Origin: Azolla caroliniana
Taxonomy: Eukaryota > Plantae > Polypodiophyta
Direction of reading: 5' to 3'
NCBI GenBank assembly: GCA_043228905.1
Contig: JBHGNT010000009.1
Span: 12,462,001-12,526,000, forward strand
Length of the DNA stretch: 64,000 nucleotides
In this document: positions 23,682-34,984 of the stretch, in pieces
How positions within the stretch are numbered: position 1 is the first letter of the stretch
Layout: every line of letters starts with the position of its first letter
Made by a program: the position numbers and the translations under genes
The notes under the pieces: model-generated
What the model was told of the DNA's origin: nothing
Databases searched by the model: none
Seen by the model: the letters and a program-made list of their open reading frames with translations, nothing else

Positions 23682-26330
23682 TACATTAAATGATACTACA
23701 CACACCAAATTATCTAGGACAACCTGAATCGGTTCTGACTCTTCTACAATATTTCCGGAAGCAATGGGGCAACCATCAATGACTATTATAGATGTTGGGC
23801 AAGGAAGCTTTCTTAGGGATATTTGATGAGCTTGGGCAAAATTCCTATCCATGAAGCAAGAATTGGCTCCGGAATCTAAGAGTGTGTGAATGTAAACGTG
23901 TGGAAGCGTTAGATAAAACCGGCTCAGCCAAATAGCAACAAAGAATAGGAAAGGTTTAATGGAGAAGCTTAATACACAGAGAGTATACGCGGGCGGGGGG
24001 GGGAGAGAGAGAGAGAGAGAGAACATAAACTCAATTCAAAATATCACTCTAAAAACCTCTATATGTACAACGTGCTAAAACAACACTATTTATACAAGTC
24101 CATAAAAGACTGACAGAAGTACGGACATGTACTTCAATATTCCTATGTGCAATTGACACTAACTACAAGACAATGATTACCTAGTAGTCTAGGTAACTGC
24201 TAGGCTTCCGGTTCCCACTCGAATCCAACTCTCCGATCCGTCTCCCCGATCCGGCCGATTGTTTCCGGATACCGATCCGACTCATCCTTCTAGATGCCGA
24301 TTCGGATCCGGTTGAGCTTGCTCACTCAACACTCCCCCTCAAGCTCAACTTGAGGTCAGATCGTGGTGTTAGTGTTTGTGACAGTCGGTTCTTCTACTCG
24401 GCTCCTTCTAGCGTCGCTCTGCCTTGCTCACGCTCCTCATCTGGTCCGGTCCTGTTTGTCGCGACCCTTCTAGTTCTGCGCACCTCGACCTCCTCGATCG
24501 GCTTGTCTGCTCAATAGGCCCATTTCAGCTCCCTTGCTGTTGTGACTCTGGTGCTTGTCGACCTGTCGGTTCCTTTGTGTTGGCGTCGACTTCCGTTGCG
24601 TCCATGTTCGCTTGGCCTTTAGTTGATCTGGCTTCTCCGAATCTTGAACCGAATCGGTTTCCTTCGATTCATTCCAGCTCTTGTCTGAATCGGTGTTCTC
24701 CAACTCATCTTCCGATTTCAGGCCCTTCACCATATCAGACCATGTCTGGGTCTTGGCCTTCTCCTTCCAATCGGCTCTATTCTTCTTGACTCTGTCGCCA
24801 TTGCCACTCGTTCCGACTTGTTCGGACGTGCCAACTTCTTTCGTCGACTCGGCTTCCTTTTTCCTTTTGTCTCCCCCTTTGTTGGTTCTTTCTTCCTCTC
24901 CGGCTCCTTGTCCGGTGCCATCCGTTCCCTTTCCTTTTCTCCCCCTCAAGTGTGGCACATTGAGATGCTGAATACCGAGCATCTCCGAAAAATGTTGCAA
25001 TTTGTCCGATCCTAGCGGCTTGGTGAAGATGTCGGCAACCTGTCGATCCGTGTGAACATACCAAAGGTCAACTTCACCGCTCAGAACCCGCTCGCAAACA
25101 AAGTGATAATGCACTTCTATGTGCTTTGTCCGAGCATAGAACACGGGGTTCTTGGCGAGCTGAATGTTGCTCATGTTGTCACAGTAGATCAGGATCGTGT
25201 CCGTACCTCAATCCGCAGGTCTTGCAACATTCGCCGAAGCCAGATGGCGTCACAAGTGGCATTGGTAGCGCCCTGGTATTCAGCCTCAATGCTCGATAGA
25301 GCCACTGTTGGCTGCTTCTTGCTGCTCCACGCAACAACCACGCTACCTAGAGAAAACATGTAACTGGAGGTAGATCGGCGATCCGATGCATCACCAGCCC
25401 AGTCAACATCGATATATCCGACTAGCTTCCCAGCTATACCGTGCCAGTATAATAGTCCCCCACCCTTTGTGTGGTTAACATATCGGAGTATCTGATGTGC
25501 GCACTGAAGGTGCTCGACGGTCGGCTTCTACATGAACTGGCTAATCACTCCGATTAGGTAACTGATGTCGGGTCGAGTGATTGTCAGGTATATGAGGCTT
25601 CTGATAATTTGTCGAAACCATTTCTCATCGCAGGCCGGTCCAAAGTTGGGACTGAGTTTTTGGTTTCGGTTCAGAGGTGTGGAGACAGGTCGGCATTCCG
25701 TCATGCCGAACTTGTACAACATATTCAAAACATAGTGTCGTTGTGAGAGCAATATGCCATCGGGGGTTCGGATCACCTCGATCCCAAGAAAATAATGAAG
25801 GTCCCCAGGTCCTTCATTTCAAATGCGTCCGACAGCTAGGACTTTACTCGGCCGATTTCAGTGAATCATCAACATAAAGTAAGATGCAAACCAGACCGTC
25901 CGTGTCAGAACCAAGGATAAAAGATAGAGTGATGGAAGAAGGATATTAGAGAACACGAGAAGAAAGGAACCAAATACTAAGAGAAGAATGGATGTATAAG
26001 ATAGAGAAAGAAAGAGAATGGATACAAGATATATAATGAGAGCTAAAGACTGGTGTTGATTCGAATTGATTTGAGAATACATGTATGCCCTTATTTATAG
26101 GTTCCTATAGAATAGCTTAGAGATTTCTAGAATGTTCTAGAATGCTCTAGGACATTCTAGAACATTCTAGAGTAATCTAGAGTTTTTACAATAATCAATG
26201 TAATACAAGAAGTAGCTTTTATTGTTTCATATAACAATAAGCTATCTTAATGGTTGAGGTTTTCAAGTATGGATTACAAGGTTTGAGGTTCAAGTCCGGG
26301 TGACGCCATAATGGTCATGTGTTCACGACA

Positions 26331-29300
26331 CTATCCCTCCTTCGAGAACGCCGAGTGGAAGTCGGCGTTAACATTGTTGGGTCGGGCTTGTTTGGATAGT
26401 GACGATGGAAGTCGTTGACCAGAGCTTCAGCATTACAAACGTTATCGATGGGTTCCCAAGTGCGATCACTCAGTGGATAACCAAGCCAATCAACTAGATA
26501 ATAAAGCTTATTGCGCACAATCTTAGAATCGAGAATAGCAGCTACCTCGTATTCGGGGCCATCCACAAGTTGTACAGAAGGCGGTGGTGGCACGACACGA
26601 TTAGGAATTAAAGAGGTGTGGCAAGGTTCCAAAAGAGAGCTATGAAAGACAGGGTGAAGCCGCATATGTACAGGAAGGTTAAGACGAAATGTTGCATCAT
26701 TAATCTGCGCCGTGATGACAAAGGGACCTAAGCGTTGATAGTCAAGCTTAGCACACAGTCGGGTAGTCTTGATGTGACGATGAAGCAACCATACACGGTC
26801 ACCAACCTTAAACGGAGACTTAAGACGATGTCGATTGGCATTGGTCTTATGGTGTGCTTGCGCTTTCTGAAGATGGGACGATAACTCGAACTGGATTTGT
26901 TGTAGTCGGTGGAGGTGATGCGCCGCACTAGGGTTTCGTGACACTTCGGGAAGATCCAGTATACACCATCGAGGGTGGTTGCCGGTGTAGGCAAAGAAAG
27001 GTGTAACTTTGGTAGAAGAGTGGACCGTGTTGTTGTATGCAAACTCGGCAAGATGTAAAATATTACTCCAATCATCTTGTTGATAACTAATGAAACATCG
27101 AAGATATTGCTCGAGCGTTTGATTTGTGCGCTCTGTTTGTCCGTCAGTTTGTGGATGATAAGCCGAAGAGAGTTTGCAAGAGATTTTGAGGCCTGCCCAT
27201 AGGTGCTTCCAAAAGTGTGAGATAAATTGAGGACCTCGATCGCTAATAATATCATTCGGGAGACCATGATGGCGAAACACTTCACGCATAATGAGATCTG
27301 CAGTTTCTTCACTATTGATGGTCTTTACACATGGTACAAAATGTGCCATCTTGGTGAACCGATCCACTACTGTTAAAATAGTATCAAAACCTTTGGAAGG
27401 TGGCAGATCCGTAATGAAATCCATAGAAATAGACTGCCATGGCTTGTTGGGAGGGGGTAATGGTTGTAGTAAGCCATAAGGGTGATGTCGGGGTATTTTG
27501 GCGTGACAGTAGGTGTCACAAGTGCAAACATAATCTTCGACAAATTTTTGCAAGTGAGGCCACCAAAACGAACATTTCACCAGCTCAATGGTCTTGGAAA
27601 TACCAAAATGTCCAGCCATGGGGGCATCATGACAATGTTCCAACACTTGAAGTCGGGTTGATCCGTCGGGGACGTAAAGGAGATTCTTGTAGAAGAGTAA
27701 ACCATCTTGCCACTTGAAGTCCTGATAATGTTGAGATGACCCTGGCTATGTGGAGCAAGATGGACGACTTGAACCACAGTGGGCTAAGACATCCTTAGCA
27801 AAATCATCCGAATGAAGTTGTTGCCGAATAGTGTCAAGAAGGGTAGAATCAAGTGATGTGGCATAAATTGTTGTTACCTGTAGCTTTGATGGCCCGAGGA
27901 GAGTTTGCTTTTGATTGTCAAAGGCTGGATCTCCAGGTCGAAGTGCTAGATACGAATGCCGAGACAGAGCATCTGCTTTCCCTTGTTGTTTTCCGGGGCG
28001 AAAAATGATCTTGAAATCGAAACGCGTTAGAAATTGGGCCCACAGAGTCGTCTATTTAATACTCGAGCTGTTTGAAAATATGTGAGATTTTTGTGATCAC
28101 TATAAATGATAATCTGATGAGGTGATCCTTCTAGAAAATGACGCCATTGCTCGAATGAGTCGACCACAGTTAGTAACTCCTTGTCATGCACCTCATAGTT
28201 TATCTCCGAAACAGTAAATTTTCTCAAGTGAAACGCGACTGGATGTATCTGCCCGTCCTCGCCTGGTTGCGATAGGATACTACCCAATGCAAAGTTCGAT
28301 GCATCCGCCTCAATAGTAAATGGCTTTTCAGGATCAATATGTGCTAGGATGGGTGCTGATGTGAATGCCTCTTTCAGCTGCGTAAAAGCCTTGTCCGCTT
28401 CGATACTCCAAAAAAATGCTTGATTTTTCTTGGTGAGTTGAGTAAGGGGCAACACAATGCTTGAATAATTATGTATCCGAGGAAACACTGGACATCCCGA
28501 ACTGAGCATGGGGGTTTCCATTCCAATATTGTTTGGACTTTTTCCGGGTCCATGAAAACACCATGGGATGAAATAGTGTATCCCAAAAATTCGACTTGTT
28601 TGCAATCAAAACTGCATTTCTCAAGTTTGGCGTAAAGACCATACTTCCTTAGGCGTTCAAGTACTTGCCGCACATGTATATCATGCTCCCCCTATGTTTT
28701 AGAGTAAATCAATAGATCATCTAGGTAGATGATTAGAAAAATATCCAAGAAATCCCGGAAGATGTCATTTGCCATATGTTGGAATACAGCAGGTGCATTT
28801 GTGAGCCCGAAAGGCATGACTATATACTCGAAATGACCATACCGAGTACGAAATGTTGTTTTCCACTCATCTCCCGACCGAATTAGAACAAGATTATATG
28901 CACTCCTTAGATCAATTTTGGTAAAATGCTTTGCCCCACCAATGCGTTCTAAGAGATTGGAGATTAAAGGTATAGCATACCTATTCCTTATGGTGACTTT
29001 ATTTAAGCCTCGATAGTCCACGACCAAACGAAGGGAGCCGTCCTTTTTCTTCACAAAAAAGATAGGAGCACCAACTGGAGACTTTGAATGTCGAATAAAC
29101 CCATGTGCAAGATTTTCCTCGATGTATTCTCGAAGAACCTCAAGCTCAGTGGGTGATAAATTGTAAATCGGACCCCACGGTGGCTCTTTTCCTGGTTGGA
29201 GATCAATAGGACAGTCGTACGGCCGATGCTTTGGAAGAACACTAGCTTTGACTTTGTCGAAAACATCAGCATAGTCTTGATATTTTTTGGGAATTTGGAT

Positions 29301-29915
29301 GTCTGAATTCCCTTGAGTGACACTAGAAGGTGTCACTGATACTGCAAATAAGAAAAGGTCCTCCTTGCCTCCCACTTGGCGCAATTGTTGCAATGTGATG
29401 GCCGAAATTTGAGGAGAAGGATATGGTGCATCGATAGAACTATATACTTTGGGAGGATAATCCCGAGTTCGATCCTTGACAATGATATTTTCTGCTAAAT
29501 GGCACCTAATTTCTCGCTTCCTCCAATCGATTCTAGGGTTATGTAGCTCGAACCATGGCAAACCGAGGACAATTGGATGCTCAGGACTACGGATTATGTT
29601 AAAGGAAACTACACATCCTAAATCACCCAAGAGTATGTGTATTGGCTTAGACTCTTCAAATAACTTCCCGGAAGCTATGGGGCGTCCATCAATCACTACT
29701 ATGGAAACTGGACAAGGAAGTGTATGCAAGGATATTTGGTGTTTTTGGGCAAAATCTCTATCCATGAAACAAGAATTGGCTCCAGTATCTAAGAGGGCTT
29801 GGACTTGAAGTTGACAACTGGGTGTCCTAACTTGTACTAGGGCTGAGAAGACTCTACTAACATGCTTGGAAGTAATGGAACCCACACTAGGTTGTACATA
29901 TCTAGGGTTGTCCAA
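26331..29915 (-). pseudogene. pol: Pol of element I (PR-RT-RH-IN-chromodomain) with a few stops and frameshifts
   Basis: ORFs 28692-29915, 28374-28673, 28027-28605 and 26315-27646. Confidence 0.9.
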
Positions 29916-29941
29916 CCAAATGGCTCCTATTTTGGCCAGAC

Positions 29942-31106
29942 TTATTCGTTTGACTCCTCTTCTAATTGGCTTAGGACTTCAAATTTATTGGACAAGGGTG
30001 GATTATTCATAATATTAGATTCACTAACTACTTCTAAAATGTTGGACTCATTTTTATTGTCATAGTGAATTTGATTTACCTGACGTCTTGGCCTACGGGA
30101 GCAATGAATGGCTATATGTCCTGGACCTCCACAATATAAGCACAGATGGTTTGCTCGACGACGTTGCTTCTCTTCGTCTGACAACGGTCCTCGTCGTTGA
30201 GTCATATCGATCTCCATGGGTGTAGGACTATCCATTGGGACTGGACTACGTGTTTGCCTTGGAGTTGGAGCAGGGCTATACATTTGCCTTGGGGATGATT
30301 GCGTCGTTACTGATGCATAAGTTGGTGTGAATCTTGATCTTGTTATTTGTTGTTGTCTCTCACATCGACGCTCAAAAAGGCGATTATCACACCGTATTGC
30401 TTAACTAATAGCTTCTGTAAGTGATCTTGGATCCTCGGGGAAGGTAAGAAGTAAGTCTTTGACATCACTACGAAGGCCTGAACGGAATTGCTCCATTAGG
30501 GCTTGTTCATCCCAAGGAATATCGCTTGCGATGAGATGGAAATTGGCAGCATATGTTGAAGCTGGTTGATCACCTTGACGAAGTGTACGAATCTTGTTGA
30601 TAGATGTTCTTGCCCCATCAGTATCTCCGAAACAAGCCTTAAATTCCTTGATAAATTCCTCGAAATTATTCAGTAGAGGAGAATTGGTCTCTAGCAATGG
30701 AGCAAACCACGACAACACTATGCCAGTCAATAAAGTGCCCACTAGCCTGACTCGTGATGCATCTGTTGGATAACGTGCGGGATGCATTTGAATCACCAAC
30801 CGTACTTGATTCAAAAAACCTCGGAAATGCGCCCTCGACCCATCAAATTTAGCTGGGAGGCTAATTTTGGGCTCCTTGATAAGTCCCTGACCTTCAACCC
30901 TTTGTTGTTGTAACACGACGATTGTCGACTCTAACTGTTGCACTCGTCGCGTGAACTCCTCTTATTGTTGTTGCTTCTCTATAGTAACCTTTTGTAGATC
31001 CCCAAGTAGACGTTGATTCTCTACTTCAAGAGATGTGAACTTTGATTTAAGGTTCTCCATTTTTGCAACAAGGGTGAGATATTCTTCTGAGTTAATGGCA
31101 GCCATG
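29942..31106 (-). pseudogene. gag: Gag of element I with in-frame stops
   Basis: EPKISLPAKFDGSR, LRQGDQPASTY, PMEID and CCHC knuckle. Confidence 0.85.
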
Positions 31107-31129
31107 GTTTCAGGATGGTTACAAAGGAG

Positions 31130-31132
<3 letters not shown>

Positions 31133-31180
<48 letters not shown>
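31133..31180 (+). repeat. (GA)n microsatellite in the leader of element I
   Basis: About 24 GA units directly adjacent to the PBS. Confidence 0.95.
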
Positions 31181-31184
<4 letters not shown>

Positions 31185-31414
31185 GAATCAAACTGTCAGA
31201 ACCAAGGATAAAAGATAGAGTGATGGAAGAAGGATATTAGAGAACACGAGAAGAAAGGAACCAAATACTAAGAGAAGAATGGATGTATAAGATAGAGAAA
31301 GAAAGAGAATGGATACAAGATATATAATGAGAGCTAAAGACTGGTGTTGATTCGAATTGATTTGAGAATACATGTATGCCTTTATTTATAGGTTCCTATA
31401 GAATAGCTTAGAGA

Positions 31415-31474
31415 TTTCTAGAATGTTCTAGAATGCTCTAGGACATTCTAGAACATTCTAGAATAATCTAGAGT
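31415..31474. promoter_or_regulatory. Heat-shock element array in U3 of the element I LTR (second copy ~26124-26183)
   Basis: Alternating TTC/GAA every 5 bp (TTCtaGAAtgTTCtaGAAtgCTCtaGGAcaTTCtaGAAcaTTCtaGAA), 25-80 bp upstream of TATAAATA (- strand, 31383-31390). Confidence 0.75.
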
Positions 31475-34400
31475 TTTTACAATAATCAATGTAATACAAG
31501 AAGTAGCTTTTATTGTTTCATATAACAATAAGCTATCTTAATGGTTGAGGTTTTCAAGTATGGATTACAAGGTTCGAGGTTCAAGTCCGGGTGACGCCAT
31601 AATGGTCATGTGTTCATGACACTCCGGACCTTGCCGGATGAACAAAAATGAGTCGGATTTAGAGGTCACAAACCCCATCTTACGCAACCGGTGTGTGATC
31701 TTCGCATTCCAAGCTCGGGGGCCTTGTTTCGGACCGTAAAGCGACTTCTTAAAACGGCACACCGCCGACTTGTTCATCTCCGACTGAAAACTGGGAGGTT
31801 GGATCATATAGACCCGTTCTTCAAGGTCACCTTGAAGAAACGCATTCTTCACGTCCATCTGGTGAAGATGCCACCCCCTTGCCGCAACACGAACCGTCGT
31901 CATCTTCGCCAGTACCACACGAACCGTTGTCATCTTCGCTACCGTGGGTCTGTGCGTATCCCTTCGCCACTAATCGGGCCTAGTACCACTTAACCGAACC
32001 TTCGGCATTGTACTTTATCTTATACACCCATTTGCAACCGATTGGTTTACAATATCGGGGAGGGTCAACAAGGTTCCATGTGTCGTTGGCATCGAGTGCC
32101 CGCATTTCTTCTTCCATAGCGGCACGCCAATTTGCGTCCTTTGCCGCTTTTGTGTAGCTCTCCGGCTCACGCACTTCCACCACTTTGGTCATGTACGCAT
32201 AGTGATGCGCCATGTACTCATTGTACCCGTACCGCGTAACAGGGTTCTTCTGGCGGGAAGACCGTTGTAACTTGGTGTCACCCGGTTTGGGGCCCTTCTT
32301 GCCCGGTTCGGACTTCGTTCTCGAAGATCCGCCTTCATCCTTTCCGAAGTCGGATTCACTTTGATCTGACTCAATGTTGTCGGTTTCATATTCCGACATC
32401 TTCTTCTTCCCCTTCTCTTTGCGTGTGAACCGTCTCCTCGGTTCCTTGCGCGGGGAGAGCACAACAGAGTCTCCACTACTCATCAGTTCCTCATCCAACT
32501 GGTCATCCCGACTCAACCGCTCCCGAGTTGTTGAAAAAGGCTTCATTGTTCTGGCTAACAGATATTTATGATGAATGGCTACAATTTGACTGGACTGAAG
32601 ACAAACATCATTTTTACTCATTCGGTCCACTTAGCCGGAATGAGATTGGACTCTCTTCTAGAGTGCCGAAGTCTTCACCTTCTACCTGGACCTCCTCGGG
32701 CTCACTAACCTCATCTTCTGGAATCGGGACTTCGTCGGGAGTTGGAGTTGGTAAGGAGTACCATGATGCCGTCTCATCAAACTCGACATCTCGGCTTACT
32801 CGGACCTGCTTAGTCCGGGGGTTATAGCACTTATACCCCTTCTGCTCATGCAAGTAGCTGACTAGGATGCACTTCTCCGACTTCAGATCCAGCTTCCTCC
32901 TCTTCTCATCCGGTACATGCACATATGCTATGCTACCGAATATCTGAAGGTGTCTCAAATTCAGCTTCCGCCCAAAATATAGCTCATGTGCTGACACCTT
33001 GTCACCGATCCGGTTTTGGATGTAGACAACCATTCGGACCGCCTCAGCTCAGTAGAAATGGGGCATGCTCTTCTCCTCCAGCATTGCCCTTGCCGCGTCG
33101 ACAATCGACTGGTTCTTCCTTTCGGCCACACCTTTTTGCTCCGGCATGTATCTACAGCTGAATTCTCTCCGAAGTCCGTTCTACTGCAGATAATTGTTGA
33201 ATTGGCTAGAAAAGTATTCTTTTCCGCCATCTGACCGCAAGCACTTGACCTTCCTCTCCGTTTCCCGTTCAACTAAGCTTTGTAAGTTCCGGAAACATTC
33301 AAAGACTTCGCTCTTCCGTTCGATGAGGTAGATCCACGTGTGTTGGTTGTAGTCGTCGATGAAGGAGACGAAGTATTGACTCCCACCAAGACTAACATTT
33401 TGTGTTGATCCCCATGCATCTGAATGGATTAGATCGAGCTTGTTACAACTTCGATTTCATTCGGTGGGGAATGGAAGCCGATGTTGCTTCTCGAGTTGGC
33501 AGGCTTCACAAATTTCAGCCTTCCGGCCACTGAATTTTGGCAATCCAAACACAACTTGTTTCAATTGCAGGTCTTGGAGCCTCTGGTAATTGACGTGGCC
33601 AATCCGCTTGTGCCACAGGTCAATGTCCAACCCGACCTTCTGCCCTTTGGCAAATATGGCGGTGCCAATGTCATTGGTGTTGAGGATGAACATCCTCCCT
33701 TCTCTACGCCCTTGCGCAATTATCCGGCCTTCTTCCTTGATGAAGCACCCTAGGTGCGTAAACCGCACCTGCATCCCCTGGTTGTCGATTTGTCCAACTG
33801 ACACCAGGTTCTTTGTGATAGTCGGAACATGTAGTATGTTCATCGGCTTCCCTTTTTGTCCGACATGGCTTAAAGGGACTTCTCCGACATGCACAATCAG
33901 GTGAGGGGTGTCGTCTCTGGTTTCGACAATCCCCAAATGTTCCGACTTCTCCAAAAAGGAGAACCACTCTTCATGGCTCGTCATGTGGTTGGACGCTCCT
34001 GAATCAACGTACCATACTTCCTCCGATTTGGAAGTAGTCTCCTTCATTGAGTTAGCCTTGTGCTTCATTACGAAGGCTGGCCTGGCCCTTTACCGTTTTT
34101 CCCAGTTCCGAATCCTTCCGATCCTTCCACGTAGTGCGACCTTTGTCGGTTCTCCCGACCGGTTTTGCCGGATCCGGATTTGTCCGAATCGGCACGTTTC
34201 TTCCAACACTCGCTTTCCCTGTGGCCCTTTTTGCCATAGTACCATCATTCCATGTCGGCCTTTCCTTACTGATTCTCGGTGCCGCTTTGACTCCCCTTGC
34301 TTGTGGAGGGTCCGGAACTGTTGTCGACACCACACCACCTCTGTGCCTCCGGTCCTGCTCTTGTCAGTCGCCTCCATTGCGTGCCGACCCACCTCGTCCA

Positions 34401-34984
34401 CCACGTCCATGGGGCCGATCTATCTCCCTATACAGCATCCAGTCGTCCGATTGAGTGGTCCTTGACCCACTCGTGTGGTTTTCTTTGACCATCAGCATCG
34501 ATTGCAAGTCGAAGAAAGACGGTAGTTTCTCCCGGGTGCAGATCGCTGTCTGGATTGGCCCATACCTTTGCGCTAGACCACCGAGGTAGATTTGTACCAT
34601 CTCGTCTTCATCCACTGTCACATTGATGGACCCGAGTGCGTCGCAAATCTCCTTTATCTTGGTGGTGTAATCCGTAACTGACATGTCTCTTTGCCAGATG
34701 TTGTTCAGCTCTTGCCAGAGCTGCAACTTATGGGTTGTGGTACTCGCGGCGAAAAACTTCCTCAGATTTCCCCAGGCCTCCTTCGGCGTCTTTGCATCCT
34801 TGATGTAGCCGAGCATCTAATCGTGCACACAGGACGCGAGGCAGTACAATACTCGGCTCGCTCTTTGCTCCCATACCGGAAAGTCACTGTGTGTCGGCTC
34901 CGGTGCTACCTCATTCGTTCCTTCCACGAAGCTCCAATATCCATGCCCCAACAGGTACTGGTGCATCTTGTATGACCAGGACAC

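Larger units (their letters stand above)
25903..31621 (-). mobile_element. Young full-length chromovirus (Tcn1-like Gypsy) element I
   Basis: 428-bp LTRs 25903-26330 and 31194-31621 with 4 differences by eye. TSD GTCCG/CTCCG. PPT 26331-26342. Gag 29942-31106 (CLYCGGPGHIAIHC). PR-RT 28692-29915 (LLDTGA, YLDD). RH follows. IN plus chromodomain 26315-27646. Confidence 0.97.

Noticed and set aside
25903-31621. Recent horizontal transfer from fungi
   Set aside because: Fungal-like traits fit the Tcn1-like clade already reported in non-seed plants. Transfer cannot be assessed without a phylogeny.
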